Below, piece by piece: positions 50,430 through 61,431 of a DNA stretch of 64,000 nucleotides (positions within the stretch are counted from its first letter, which is position 1; every line of letters begins with the position of its first letter). The position numbers were made by a program, and so were the translations under genes. Below the pieces are notes generated by a model, which worked only from the letters and a program-made list of their open reading frames with translations, searched no databases and was not told where the DNA came from. The stretch is from Bilabrum cf. latius (lineage: Eukaryota): assembly GCA_965178125.1 (NCBI GenBank), contig OZ237761.1, forward strand, positions 186,001 through 250,000. Reading direction: 5' to 3'.

Positions 50430-50623
50430 GACGACCGCCCCAAATTGCGGTAATATTATAGCTATTTAAGATATATTTGTGCAATTCTGGGCGCGTAGGC
50501 TGTTAGAGGTTTTACATTTTCGGGTCAATCTAATGAAAATCTCACAATATAGGGCGCCCCAAATTGCGGAAATATATAAGTATCAAGAAAATTATGTCTG
50601 CAATTCTGGGCGTTTAGGTGTAT

Positions 50624-51442
50624 TCAATTATGTGAAACTAATTTAACGACCCTTTTATTGAGCTAGTCTTCTAAATATTTAATTATAATACTTACATCTT
50701 TACTATTGAACGTATTAAAGTATTGATATACTGGTTTAATAAGTCCTAATTTACGTACATCATTCTTAAGTCTATCAATAACTCTATTTTTTAATTTAAA
50801 TGGAACTGTTGGAAGTAATAAACTTTTTAATCTTGTAATAGTCAAGTAAAGAAAGCCTACATCGGGATTCTTTATAAGTTGTTCAATCTCTTCCTGTTTC
50901 TTCTTTTGCCCTAATTCGTCATATATAACATCTAGTCTTTTTAATATCTTGAAATATTTTCGTTCTTTTTGTAAGTCTTTTATGTCATCTATCATCCTAT
51001 CTGCTACTTGTTTAGGCTTCATTTTCAATATCTTACCTCCAATATCATATAATATACTAACCTCTTCAATATATCCAGTATAGACCCAACTTTCAACGAA
51101 TATCATAGGATTATTCTACTATTTTAAAGATTTTAATATTTTAGGTCTATTAGTATCAAGAAATGTATCTAAAGAGACGCCATTATCATCATATTCAACG
51201 TTATAAATATGTATTAATCTACTACCTCTTAAGGTCTTTAATTCATTTATAACACTATTGACATCAGACAATTTAACGGGAGAGTATAGGTCTATGTCTC
51301 CAGCCCAAAGTGAAAGCATATTATGAGTAAATGAATATGAACCATTTAAATAAATATCACTTCTATTTATTTTAAAAGACTTGAATATCTTATTATCAAA
51401 TCGTGAATAATACTTTAGCTACTACTTTGTTAATTTAACCAT
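50624..51442 (-). CDS. Putative Pol-beta-superfamily nucleotidyltransferase, 272 aa
   Basis: YLNGS-x13-DIDLY signature; single frame with TAG read-through, including tandem TAG TAG pairs. Confidence 0.55.
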
Positions 51443-51476
51443 ATATTAATAAGAAATATTATAGTTCTTTATTATA

Positions 51477-51920
51477 ATGGACGATTTCATAAGACAAAGA
51501 CTATAGCAACTAGGTAAATCACCCTCTAATGCCAAAGTCAACAATTTAAAAGACGAATTTAAGCAAAAACTACTTGAATTATTTGAAGACTATCAAATGA
51601 ATGGTGTTCAAGGTGGTTCAAAAGTTGGACGCTTTTTTAAAAAAGTAGGTCGTAAATTCAAGAAAGTAGGGCGAACAATTAAAAAAGGTATTAAAAGTAA
51701 TGTAGGAAAGGCAATACGAACAGGTCTTAAGTTTGTAGCCCCTGAAGTTGGTGTCCCTCTTGATGCTGCACTTAAGACTGTAGGACTTGGAAAGGCTAAG
51801 CGTAAGAGGAAACCTAATCCAAAAGCTAAAGCAAGAGGTAAATTAGTGAGTGCGGTAATGAAGAAGTATGGCGTAAGTCTAGGAGAAGCAAGTAAAATAT
51901 TAAAAGAAAATGGTATGTAA
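51477..51920 (+). CDS. Basic core/DNA-condensing protein candidate with GG cleavage site, 147 aa
   Basis: VQGG followed by SKVGRFFKKVGRKFKKVG amphipathic basic helix; very K/R-rich. Confidence 0.65.
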
Positions 51921-51959
51921 ATTTAATAATATTATCTATTATCATAATATAATTATACG

Positions 51960-53402
51960 ATGTCTAAAAAAAGAACAGCAGTATTGGAAGACTTACTCGA
52001 TGGACTTGTGGAAAGTAGAGCCCCTACAAGTCAAGCAAGACGAAAGGTAAGAAACGAAGAGAGAGCCATAAGAGCAGCTATAGGAGAAGCTAAACGAAAA
52101 CAAAAGATTCAATTAGAAGAGGACTTTATGCCATTAGAAGAAAAGAGAAAATTAAAAAGAATAGCAAATCTTATGAAAAGGACTTTAAAAAGAGTTAAAG
52201 ATAACAGTAAGAAAGGTAAAAAGTATAAAGTAGCAGATATAGATCAAGTTGTAAGACTAGCTAAAGATAATGAACTACTTGATGAAGATGCTGAAGCTAT
52301 TGCTAAGATGATATAGAATATTCCATATATGAACTCATCTAATACTCTATTTCAAAAAGGTAAAGCTGAGTCAAAACTTAACGACGCATTAAATAACTTA
52401 TTTATTGAAGCAGAAGAGATAGACAATTTACCTAAAGATGTCAAAGACTTAGAGAATGACTTAACAGTAGACTAGTTGAAGAAGTTTCTTAAAGAGAGAG
52501 GTGTAAGTGATTCAACTTTAAATGGTCTCTCTAAGGCTCAACTTAATTCAATGGCATCAAGACTTGTAAAAGTTAGACAAAGAGCAAAAGGAACACAAAT
52601 AGTACCTCTATTAGAAAGATTAGGAGATAAAAAGTCAAAAGGCTATGCTTTGGAACGATTACGAAGCCAAACTGATCGAGTTAAACTAAAAAGAGATGTA
52701 CTTAATAAAAGAATGGAAGCAATAAATGATATTTATAAAACAAAAGCCACATCTAAAGCACCAGTACTAAAAGATAGACTTAAAGCACTATTAGGTGATG
52801 AATATGATGGTGTGCCAATAGATGATATGTAGTATTATGATTTATAGAGCTTATTTCAAGATATTAAGACTGGAAGACAATCGGGACTTGACAGTAAAAC
52901 TAGATTTGTAAATTTAAATAGAATCAAGTTTGATGACGCAAAGAAAGATATTGAAAGACAATTATCACTAAGAAAAAGACAACCAAACCCATTTAGTCGT
53001 GCAGAACCGTCAGGAACTCCACTTAAAGAAAGACTTAGACGAGCTAAGGAAAAAGATCCAGACTTACGAAGAGAAGCCGCATTAAGTGATGTAATGAATG
53101 AAGCTGCTGAATAGATAGCAAGAGGTAATGAACCTTTAGATGATGAGACAGAAGGGACACTATTAGAAAGACAACCAGATGGAGAATTTGTAGCAAGCGA
53201 TGCAGGCGAAGATCTTGGTAAAGGTCAAGAAGCAAGAACAAGAGCAGCACGAGCAGCACAAGAACGGGAAGAACAAGAACAAGAAGCACAAGGTCAATCA
53301 TCTAGTGGAGCAAGTGAAAGTAAGACTGGTGAAGGTTCAGGTCTTAATAAGAGACTTGATACTCTAATATCTTGGTTAGATTCAAGATTAAGAAGTCTTT
53401 AA
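51960..53402 (+). CDS. Charged coiled-coil protein with SAP/HeH-like motif, 480 aa (probable virion core protein)
   Basis: One frame with TAG read-through to TAA 53400-53402; LTVD*LKKFLKERGV...LSKAQL. Confidence 0.65.
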
Positions 53403-53645
53403 ATGGTATATACTATAATATTTTAATTTAAAAATATTACATTGTAAGAGGTGGCTATATTAAAAATGACTAAATTATAAAAATCAATACGCCTACGCGC
53501 CCAGAATTGCGGAAATATATCTTAATATCCTAATATATTATCGCAATTTGGGGCGCTAGTATTATACTATATCTTATACTACTAACTTTTTAAAATCTCG
53601 TAATTTAAAAAAAAAATATCTAGTCTAGCTAATATAATATAAGTA

Positions 53646-54368
53646 ATGGCAGGAATATACAATCTCTTAAACAAAAATGAATATGAATTAAAGAGTAAGT
53701 CTATTGAAGTAGAATCAATTAAAGCAGAAGGCTTTGATGGAGCCGCTAACTTTGGACTTAACTTCAATGGTCAATCACTACCCTATATTATGAGTGGTAC
53801 TAATGAAGATGCTAAGTCTTTCACATGGAGAATAGGTAAAAACTCAGCATCAGCAGGTGCATCTATCTCAATTAATGTCGCAGGTGATGGAACTCAAACC
53901 AGTACTATGACAGCAACCAACTTCTTATCATTTACCGGTACACATGTTGCATCTTGTAGTGATGTTGCTTCTAGTTTACCAGCTGGTATTGGGTCAGTGG
54001 TTACTCTTGATAGTGTAGTTAATAAAGGACCCACAACTAATGAATATGTCGTAAGTCAAGCATCTCAACATTCACCACCTTTTGGAGTATATGTAGGAGA
54101 ACACCATGATGATGGTAAAGTACTTGTAGCATCTTTAGGTGATGGAGCTGTGAAAGTAAATAAAAATGGAGGAGATGTAAGTGCGGGTGATTACTTAATT
54201 AATAGTTCTGATAGTGGATATGTCTACGCGCCTAATCCTCAACCAGTCTCTGTTGATTAGACTATTGTAGCAAAAGCTCTAGTAGATGAAGACTTTTCAA
54301 GTGGTACTTCTACTGATGCTAATGGAGTAGAGTATAAAGTCGTACCTTGTATTTTCTTAACAGGATAA
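53646..54368 (+). CDS. Fibre/spike-like protein with intramolecular-chaperone (peptidase G2-like) C-terminal domain, 240 aa
   Basis: SFTGTH, SLGDGAVKV, GDYL..SS..GY and TIVAKAL pattern. Confidence 0.55.
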
Positions 54369-54411
54369 TTGAGTTTAATTATAGAAATATCTTTTTTATT
54401 AATATAATAAA

Positions 54412-55050
54412 ATGGATGGAATCAGTTCAAGCAGTGTCGTTGTAGGAGGTTTAAGTGTCTTACTACCTCTAGCATACTCTGGTGGTATGTCTTGTTGGTA
54501 GTGGTTATGGGATAAACCTTTACATAAACGTAAAAAAATATGTATCTGTGTGCCTGAAGGTAGTGGTAAGTCTACCGCTTGTCAAATATTACGGTCTAGT
54601 TCTAAAGACTGTTTACTTGTTGATTTAGATAGTACTCTAGGAGTATATGTCTAGGAGCCCGAATTACTTATGAAACTAGACGAATGTAAGTTAAAAAGTG
54701 ATTGGGGTAATTATAATATACTTAATAGAAAAGCCAGTAAAGAAGCCCTTCAATGGGTAAAAGATAACTGGTTGAATGAAGGTAGCGAGAAGAGAGTAAT
54801 ATTCTTTACTAAAGAGTTAAGTCTAGCTAATGAGTTATTTAAAAAAGAAAGTATAGTTGTATGTCTTCCATCTAATTCACTATTCTAGAAGACATTAAAG
54901 GATAAGAAAGTAGATAAATAGAAGTCTATGTTAGAAGACCGTAACTCATATATCAAAGAATTGAACCCTTCTAGCTATTACATTTATAATACTTACGAAT
55001 AGCTTCACGATAAATTGAGGAATTGCCTCTAGTTAGGGTACCAAATATAA
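54412..55050 (+). CDS. P-loop kinase-like protein with N-terminal hydrophobic anchor, 212 aa
   Basis: VVVGGLSVLLPLAY segment, ICVPEGSGKST P-loop and LLVDLD; 6 in-frame TAG. Confidence 0.6.
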
Positions 55051-55202
55051 TACAAATAAATACAAAATAATACAAAAGTCAATACGCCTACGCGCCCAGA
55101 ATTGCACAAATATATCTTGAATAGCTATAATATTTCCGCAATTTGGGGCGGTCGTATCTAACCTGTCAATTTGTATTTTTATAATTAAAATACATACTGA
55201 TA

Positions 55203-55709
55203 TTACAATTTATAATCTAGACAAATATTGTCTGGTTGTTTAGAAGTATTACATAATAGACTTAACTTTTGATCTATTTCTTTTTCTACTCCTGTTTTAG
55301 TCTTTTCGTCTTCTTGTTCCATCTCTTGGACAGTCTCGTTGATTTTATCCATATCACCGTAAGTCTTTATAAATACTTGTTTTTTCTCGGACATCTTGAT
55401 TTTGCTATCCTCCACATATTGCTCTCCTTCAATATTACATAATATATTATTAAGATGGAGATAACTTTCTGCTTTGTCATCGTGATCTGTGCTTAATACT
55501 TCAACATACTTTGTTTTAAATCTAAGTTCCAAGTTATGACGTATTTCACTCATATGTTTATGGATCTCTTTTGGGTCTTCTATTTCGCTCTCTTCATACA
55601 TTGCTATTATAGTACTTATGACATCACTAGGGTTTTCGTCTCGTATTTTAAGTATTAAACTAAAGACATCAAAGTATTCATTTAAAAACTTCCAAATTGT
55701 GTTTTTCAT
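55203..55709 (-). CDS. Viral hypothetical protein (168 aa)
   Basis: Intact ATG-TAA ORF with CTATATATATAG upstream. Confidence 0.7.
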   Translation of the reverse strand: MKNTIWKFLNEYFDVFSLILKIRDENPSDVISTIIAMYEESEIEDPKEIHKHMSEIRHNLELRFKTKYVEVLSTDHDDKAESYLHLNNILCNIEGEQYVEDSKIKMSEKKQVFIKTYGDMDKINETVQEMEQEDEKTKTGVEKEIDQKLSLLCNTSKQPDNICLDYKL

Positions 55710-55728
55710 TTACCTATATATATAGTGG

Positions 55729-56409
55729 TCATTTTAATAAGATATTTTTAAACTTTGTAAAGTTATCATGAATTTTATCACTATCACCCCAGCACACTTT
55801 AGCATACCATAAGTTGCTGTCATACATATCGGTCTCATCAAAATGAATATGTCCTAATACTCGCTTTCTCATTTTATCAGCGTGTGATTTACCTCTTCTT
55901 AAAGCATCAGGATAAGTCTATGTATTCTTTTTGTTAAAATATACCTTTGTATCATTAATCTCTACACAATAAACATATTCAGGTTTATCACTCACTGTAA
56001 GATCACTAATATTGATTTTTGGTTTTGGTTTCTCTTTAATTGGTTTCTCTTCAATGACTTCACTCACTACTTCACTACTTGTATCACTATATGTATCATT
56101 CAAATAGTCTTCCTCTTTATTATCCTCTATGTCTTCGCTATCTAATTCAACATCTTCCAATATAGCCTATTGTCGTTCTAATTGTGGAGGTTTTAACTAG
56201 ATAGGTTCTATTTTAGACGGTTGTCTCACTAAATTTATAGTTGCTATCTCGTCCCCTTCATCATCTATTTCACCCTATAAACTTGAATAATGCTTGTTAA
56301 TCCATAACATTTTTAAGTCATCACGAGACCACTTGTACTTTTCACTTAACTTGACTACTCTTTTTAGAAGGTCTTTATTTTTGTATCTTGTTATATTTAA
56401 CAATTCCAT
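55729..56409 (-). CDS. Viral hypothetical protein (226 aa), acidic centre
   Basis: Frame open through 4 TAGs to TGA 55729. Confidence 0.6.
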
Positions 56410-56639
56410 ATACTTATTATAAATAATTTCTTTGACTTTGTTTTATATTAATATGGTAAATACTAGAAAAAATTATTATTTTAAAAGTCGTATCTAAACA
56501 CTGGCTAACATAAAATGACATAATTATAAAAATCAATACACCTACGCGCCCAGAATTGCGGAAATATATCTTAATATCCTAATATATTATCGCAATTTGG
56601 GGCGCTGGTATTATGCCATAAAGTATATTACTAGATTAA

Positions 56640-58295
56640 TTATCTCTATCTATCAGAATAGTCTTTCGCAAGTGGTCGTATTTGGTCTTTCCCATAATCC
56701 TATTCTAATTTCTTACGGGTAATCCATTCATTAAACTTATTAGAATATCCCTTATATTTGACTAAGTATTCAATAAGTCTATCTTTATTTTGTCTTTTAT
56801 CTAAAAACTTCTCTATTGTGTCTGGTTCTACTTCTAAACCTTCAACATTATCAATTTCAGGCTCTTCACTTTCCTTGTCTATGTCATCATTTACCTTATC
56901 TTCGTGTTCTACATTGTCTATTTTCTATAACTGTGAAGCATTAAAGAATCCAGTAAGAGGTTCTCCCTCTTTGTCCATTACTTTATATTTAATCCTCTAC
57001 TTAGGATTTCTTGGTTTGGTCTTCTATCTAACAGTGAAGACTTCTCTAGACCAATTAAATAAATTTCCTTTAAACTTGTTCTTCTCAAGTAATACTCTAA
57101 CTCTATCCCCTACATTAAGATCTTTATCATTCCCGTCAAAATTATTTGATAATTTCTTATTTTCAATTCTAGATCTAACTACTTCTAAATTTTCGGGTTT
57201 CATTGCTTCTAGTGGAGACATTCCTATAGTGTTGTGTTTTCTCTTATTATATGCTCTTACTAGTCTCTATAATGACGTATGCCAAACACCATCACTGTCA
57301 TTCTTAATAGCAAAGTCTTTTCTAATCTATTCTTTTATAGTCCTATTAAGTCTTTCAACTGCACCATTAGACTATGGATTTCCTGCGATGGTGAATAGTG
57401 GTTTTATGTCATTGTCATTCATAAATTTAATATATGCCTCTTTATTAAACTCATTATCACTTAACATAACAGTCGGTTTTCTCCAATTAGGTTTCTTAAA
57501 TAGTTTCTTCATCTCACGAATTATATTAACTAATGTCTTATCTTTTAATGAAATACTCCATAGGTATTTTGTGAATATATCCATTATATTTAATATCCAA
57601 TTATAGCCGTCATTAGTGTCTGAATACTTTTGCATGTCTATTAAGTCCAAGGCGTAAATTGAGAAAGGCTTAGTAGGTACAAAAGAACTTACTGCTGACT
57701 GTTTAGGTCGTTTTTTGGTCAATTGGTGGAGCATCTAGTTATTTAACCACTTTTCTACTTGTCGTCTTTTAATACGTTTATCTTTTTGTCTAGCTAGGTC
57801 ATATAACGCATCACGACTAACTACATTACCTTCTTCATAATATAGTTTCTTTAATATTGGTTTATAATTAAATTTGTCTTTGTCGTCCTCATCTTCTACT
57901 TCAATTAACTTACCGGTTGGTTTATTAAGTTTTTTCGTCTAAGCTTTAGTCATCTTATAAAAAAGGCGAACAAGGTTAGACTATTGAACGCTAAAATGAA
58001 CACGACTCACTAAGTTATATAAAGTGAAATAGTCTCCATCCTTCTATATTGAGTTAATTACCCCACCTCTTCTAAATAGTGGCTTTCCCTTGATATTACT
58101 TACATAAGATACATAAGAATATAAAGGTATTTTTTTAATACTTGCTTTGGTAGTTGGTACCTCTTCAAATCCTTTATCAAGTAGTCCCTTAATAGTGGCT
58201 TCTAAATTATCACTATCTTTTTGATTTTTTGTCGGTTCATCACCATACGTGTAAGATATTTTACCTCTAGTGTATGTCTTGCCTTTATTAGTCAT
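56640..58295 (-). CDS. Retroviral-type (rve, DDE) integrase with C-terminal chromodomain, 551 aa
   Basis: ALDLIDM, LSDNEF, GNP*SNGAVERLNRTIK, NWSREVF and IEKFLDKR...EYLVKYKGYSNKFNEW. Confidence 0.95.
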
Positions 58296-58381
58296 ATTTA
58301 CTATATATATAGTAGATATAAATTTTGGCGTTAATTAAACGATTTTATAACATATTGTCTTCTGTTATTTCTTCTAGTTGT

Positions 58382-58615
58382 TTATGCTGTAATTGTTCCA
58401 TTTTTCTTTAATATTTCTTCTCGTTCTTCTTTACTTTGAAGATTATAAAAAAGAGTCTATGATCCATTTGACATATCCCACTCATTGCCATCAAAACATA
58501 ATTTAATTTCATCTTTTAAATTGTCCTCTATAGCTTTTATAGCCTTTTCAATAACTTTATTATTTTTACAAGCTTTTAAAAACTTGGGAGACATTATAAT
58601 TTTCAAGTCGTACAT
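58382..58615 (-). CDS. Small viral protein, distant MSDK-family paralog C (77 aa)
   Basis: MYDLKIIMSPKFLKAC N-terminus; CGCCAA promoter variant upstream. Confidence 0.5.
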
Positions 58616-58655
58616 ATATATAAAGACGATATAATATGTTGGCGTAAATTAAACA

Positions 58656-59189
58656 TTATTTCTTATATTTCTTTCTCTTCTAGTTACAGTCATAACAAAA
58701 CCAGAAAGTGGCTCCTGGTTTAATAAGATACTTTTCACATTTCTTACATTGTGAGTATTTCCTCTTTTTATTATAACAACTAAGACAAGTCTTTTTATAT
58801 TTATGTTTTTCAATGAACTCATCGCAATCAGTGCATCTACTCTTATCTTTTAATATGTCTTTATTTAATTCGTGTTTAATGGATTTAATATGACTTTTCC
58901 AGCTACTACGTTTAACAACACAAGAGCATACATCACAAGTCTTATACATACAAGCCTTATACACATCATGATCCTTTTCGAATGTGTTATTAATACATTC
59001 AGAACCTAATTTAAATATATCACCAGTTGGGGGATACTCAACGAAATGAACTTCCTTAATTTGGTGATCACAGATACACTTTCCGTCTTCTTCTCTAGTC
59101 TCTCCAGCTGGTATTAATAGAGGGGCTATCTTATTCCAGTCATTAATCTTTAGCTTATTGATTATGAAGTTACGACATTTATAGCACAT
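58656..59189 (-). CDS. Cys-rich multi-zinc-finger viral protein, 177 aa
   Basis: CICDH...GSEC, C2H2-like CDVC...HIKSIKH, and several CxxC pairs. Confidence 0.75.
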
Positions 59190-59346
59190 TATAATATAGT
59201 ATATACTATAATAATATATTATTTTTAAGTCTAATTAAACGAGATGTCTTAAGCTCGATTCAAATTTGGGCGCCCGAAATTGCGGTAATATTATAGCTAT
59301 TCAAGATATATTTCCGCAATTCTGGGCGCGTAGGCGTATTGACTTT

Positions 59347-59754
59347 TTAATTTAATATTTTTAATTGTTTCAGTCTTGCGTCCACTTTAGACCTATAGTC
59401 ATCTAACCATTTTTCCAAAGTATCCCCTTTAACATACCTTTTTACATCTAATACTCCATTGGCTAGTTTTGTTAAGTAGTCCTTAATAGCATTATCACTT
59501 CCCCATAAGATTTTATGACTGTGATATTTTGAGCTATTAGTATCGGTAGTCTTCCCGTGTCTTCGGTAGTATAGGCGTCGTCTTTTAGGGTCAATATGGT
59601 TATTATCTCCATACTTACCAATCAAATCAAAGTATTGAGCATATCGTGCATCACCAAAGCTAGTGATATACTTACCATTTTTGAATACATCATATTTCTT
59701 ATTTCTACGAGTAGAGGGTTTATATTTGAATCCATCAATAATTATCTCATACAT
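59347..59754 (-). CDS. DUF5754-like protein of giant viruses/virophages
   Basis: STRRNKKYDV, FGDARYAQY, RRRLYYRRH and HKILW pattern. Confidence 0.65.
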   Translation of the reverse strand: MYEIIIDGFKYKPSTRRNKKYDVFKNGKYITSFGDARYAQYFDLIGKYGDNNHIDPKRRRLYYRRHGKTTDTNSSKYHSHKILWGSDNAIKDYLTKLANGVLDVKRYVKGDTLEKWLDDYRSKVDARLKQLKILN

Positions 59755-59762
59755 AATATATT

Positions 59763-59972
59763 ATGATACAAGATTTATTAACTTAGTATATTGTCGGTAA
59801 GACTTGTAAATTAGTTATTAAATAGGTGAAGACAACCAAGACATATCATACGACTAAATCATATGTTAAGGACTAGTTAGAAGAAGTACTCAATACATTG
59901 AAACAAGTTAAAGGACATTCTAAATGTGAACACAAGATCAAATGGACCACTTCAAGTGGTATGAGTTAGTGA
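59763..59972 (+). CDS. Possible small viral ORF (69 aa)
   Basis: Open with TAG read-through from ATG to TGA, but only 8 bp from the divergent ATG. Confidence 0.3.
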
Positions 59973-61431
59973 ATATGTAAAATTGAATACGGGTGAGCGC
60001 CCAGAATTGCAAACATAATTTTCTTGATACTTATATATTTCCGCAATTTGGGGCGGTCATATTTATTATTAGTTATTTTAAAATATCTCGTCAAGTGGTT
60101 AAGTCTTTTTGTGATATCCCGTTAAGTGGTCAATAAAATGAACGGTAAGTCAAAAAAATTAATCAAAATAAAGAAGTAGTTGATTATTAATTATTGAAGA
60201 CACCTAAGCGCCCAGAATTGCGACAATATATCTTAATATCCTAATATATTACCGCAATTTCGGGCCGTCATTTCTGGACATTTAATATAGCACATACTAG
60301 AAATATCTTTATTACAAAATTACACCTCTATAAGATAACTATGTCAAAATTAACAAAATATAAAACTCAATACACCTACGCGCCCAGAATTGCGACAATA
60401 TATCTTAATATCCTAATATATTACCGCAATTTCGGGCGCTAGTATTATACTATACCATATTTTATTATCCTATATTTTCCATTTAATCTAGTGATTAATC
60501 ATTTCAAAGTAATACACTTGACATAAACCAGTTCATTGAGTCATTTTAAAGTCATCGTCAAAACATTTATCATTTTTAAGTTATCCCGTTTTGTATTCCT
60601 TTATATCATATACTCAAACAAAGGACTTAAAACATATTTAAAGAATTATGAAAAATAAAAATCAATACACCTACGCGCCCAGAATTGCGAAAATATATCT
60701 TGAATAGCTATAATATTACCGCAATTTCGGGCGATAGATTAAAGGATGTATTTTTAAGGGGATACCCTTACATTTGAAGTTTTGAAGAGATGACATATAA
60801 AAGACTTTATAAAGTGATTAATATCTCCTTCTAGTTATATTTAAATATTCAATTATTTAAGTATAGATTGACAAGTAATAAAAAAAGAGATAAATTAAGT
60901 TGATATATTAGTTTAGTTTTATTTATTAATTTAAATTTTTCATTGGAAGTATTAAAAAGACTTTAATACTTCTGTCAATCTCTTTAAGTATTTATTTAGT
61001 TATTTTCTAAAGTGGTAAATGTCAATTGATACTTAAAACCAAATCATAATATAAAACTCAATACACCTACGCGCCCAGAATTGCGAACATATATTCTTAA
61101 ATGACTATATATTTCCGCAATTTCGGGCGGGCATATCCTAAGACTTAGGCTAGGGATTCACTCAACAGATTAAGTAAAGTAAAGGTCTAACAGATAGACA
61201 TTAACGGCGCGAAGGTATTAAATTAGGTAGATATATGAATAAATAGCTATTAAATTATTATGTTCAAGTGAAGGACATTATGAAGGACTACGGCTTAAGA
61301 TGTTGTGAAGTGGTTAATATTGACCTCTTATGTTATCCGCCAAAATGTGGAGTTATGATAACTCTATTTCTACTATATAGTAGAAATAGAGTTTACTTAT
61401 ATAAAAACTACACACATTTTGGCGGATAACA
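59954..61431 (-). repeat. Right terminal inverted repeat (~1478 bp)
   Basis: Reverse complement of 37982-39458 with few differences. Confidence 0.95.
61331..61431. repeat. 101-bp terminal imperfect palindrome, identical in direct orientation to 37982-38082
   Basis: Base-by-base comparison. Confidence 0.95.

Larger units (their letters stand above)
38284..61130. repeat. Dispersed 58-bp inverted-box element plus ~14-bp tail, 21 copies
   Basis: CGCCC(G/C)AAATTGCG-N30-(C/T)GCAATTCTGGGCG followed by a CGTA(GGT/CCC)GTATT-like tail. Plus copies near 38284, 38680, 38974, 39146, 39357, 43275, 44218, 44783, 47803, 47974, 50436, 50555, 59271; minus copies near 53498, 55093, 56547, 59998, 60209, 60381, 60675, 61072. 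Confidence 0.95.
37982..61431. mobile_element. Complete endogenous virophage (provirophage, mavirus/EMALE-like organisation), 23,450 bp
   Basis: Abrupt drop in GC, TG...CA ends, 5-bp TSD, long TIRs, rve integrase, and a contiguous ATPase-protease-penton-MCP module. Confidence 0.95.

Noticed and set aside
56758-57606. 282-aa plus-strand hydrophobic ORF
   Set aside because: Antisense shadow of the integrase.
39519-59754. Virophage as a decayed pseudogene cluster
   Set aside because: Interruptions are exclusively TAG, with no frameshifts or premature TAA/TGA in the core genes I traced, and the host genes show the same pattern.
37982-61431. Bacterial prophage, contaminant or chimeric join; or a classical Polinton
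   Set aside because: An exact TSD, an in-frame split target and a shared genetic code show true integration; no pPolB is seen, and the MCP size and module order are virophage-like.
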